Assembly: GCF_964204645.1 (NCBI RefSeq) | Contig: NC_134027.1 | Coordinates: 23,708,560 to 23,772,559 of the forward strand | Source of the DNA: Tubulanus polymorphus | Lineage: Eukaryota; Animalia; Nemertea | Direction of reading: 5' to 3' | Length of the DNA stretch: 64,000 nt | Shown here: piece by piece, positions 63,841 to 64,000 of the stretch | How the letters are laid out: each line of letters opens with the position of its first letter | Numbering within the stretch: the stretch's first letter is position 1 | Notes under the pieces: model-generated | The model's database searches: none | Seen by the model: only the letters and a program-made list of their open reading frames with translations | What the model was told of the DNA's origin: nothing | Translations under genes and position numbers: made by a program

Positions 63841-64000
63841 GTGACTGACTATCTTCTGCGTAGATCATTCAGAAAATAGATTTACATCTTCAATTGAACA
63901 TGGATGATGAATCATCAATGATGCTCATTGTTAATATTTGTTTTCACAACGACAACGTTCGACATAAGATAGATTTAATGATAAAAGAAAATTTTGTAAA

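Overview
This is eukaryotic (bilaterian invertebrate-like) genomic DNA, AT-rich, with spliceosomal introns and dense MITE/minisatellite content. Splicing exons by hand gives six protein-coding loci: (1) exon 1 of glucose-6-phosphate isomerase (GPI, minus, 12520-12656), whose first intron runs >12.5 kb off the left edge; (2) a ZNF507 orthologue with a single coding exon (minus, 20797-24060); (3) DAD1/OST2 (plus, 25816-27876), head-to-head with ZNF507; (4) a complete 23-exon INTS8 (minus, 29753-46983, about 986 aa) with a U12-type intron; (5) a secreted protein of about 1429 aa made of a signal peptide plus nine tandem MAM domains (plus, 50951-61111); (6) the first two coding exons of a secreted prepro-protein (63545-63840). 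The most striking structure is the MAM gene. Its three-exon cassettes are nearly identical in exons and introns and form a 2094-bp two-domain higher-order repeat, with a MITE in every second linker intron. Also notable are a Penelope-like insertion with a 13-bp TSD and a hammerhead-ribozyme-like core, hAT-like MITEs with 5- and 6-bp TSDs, and satellites apparently born from MITE sequences. All gene identities rest on remembered family motifs, not on database searches.
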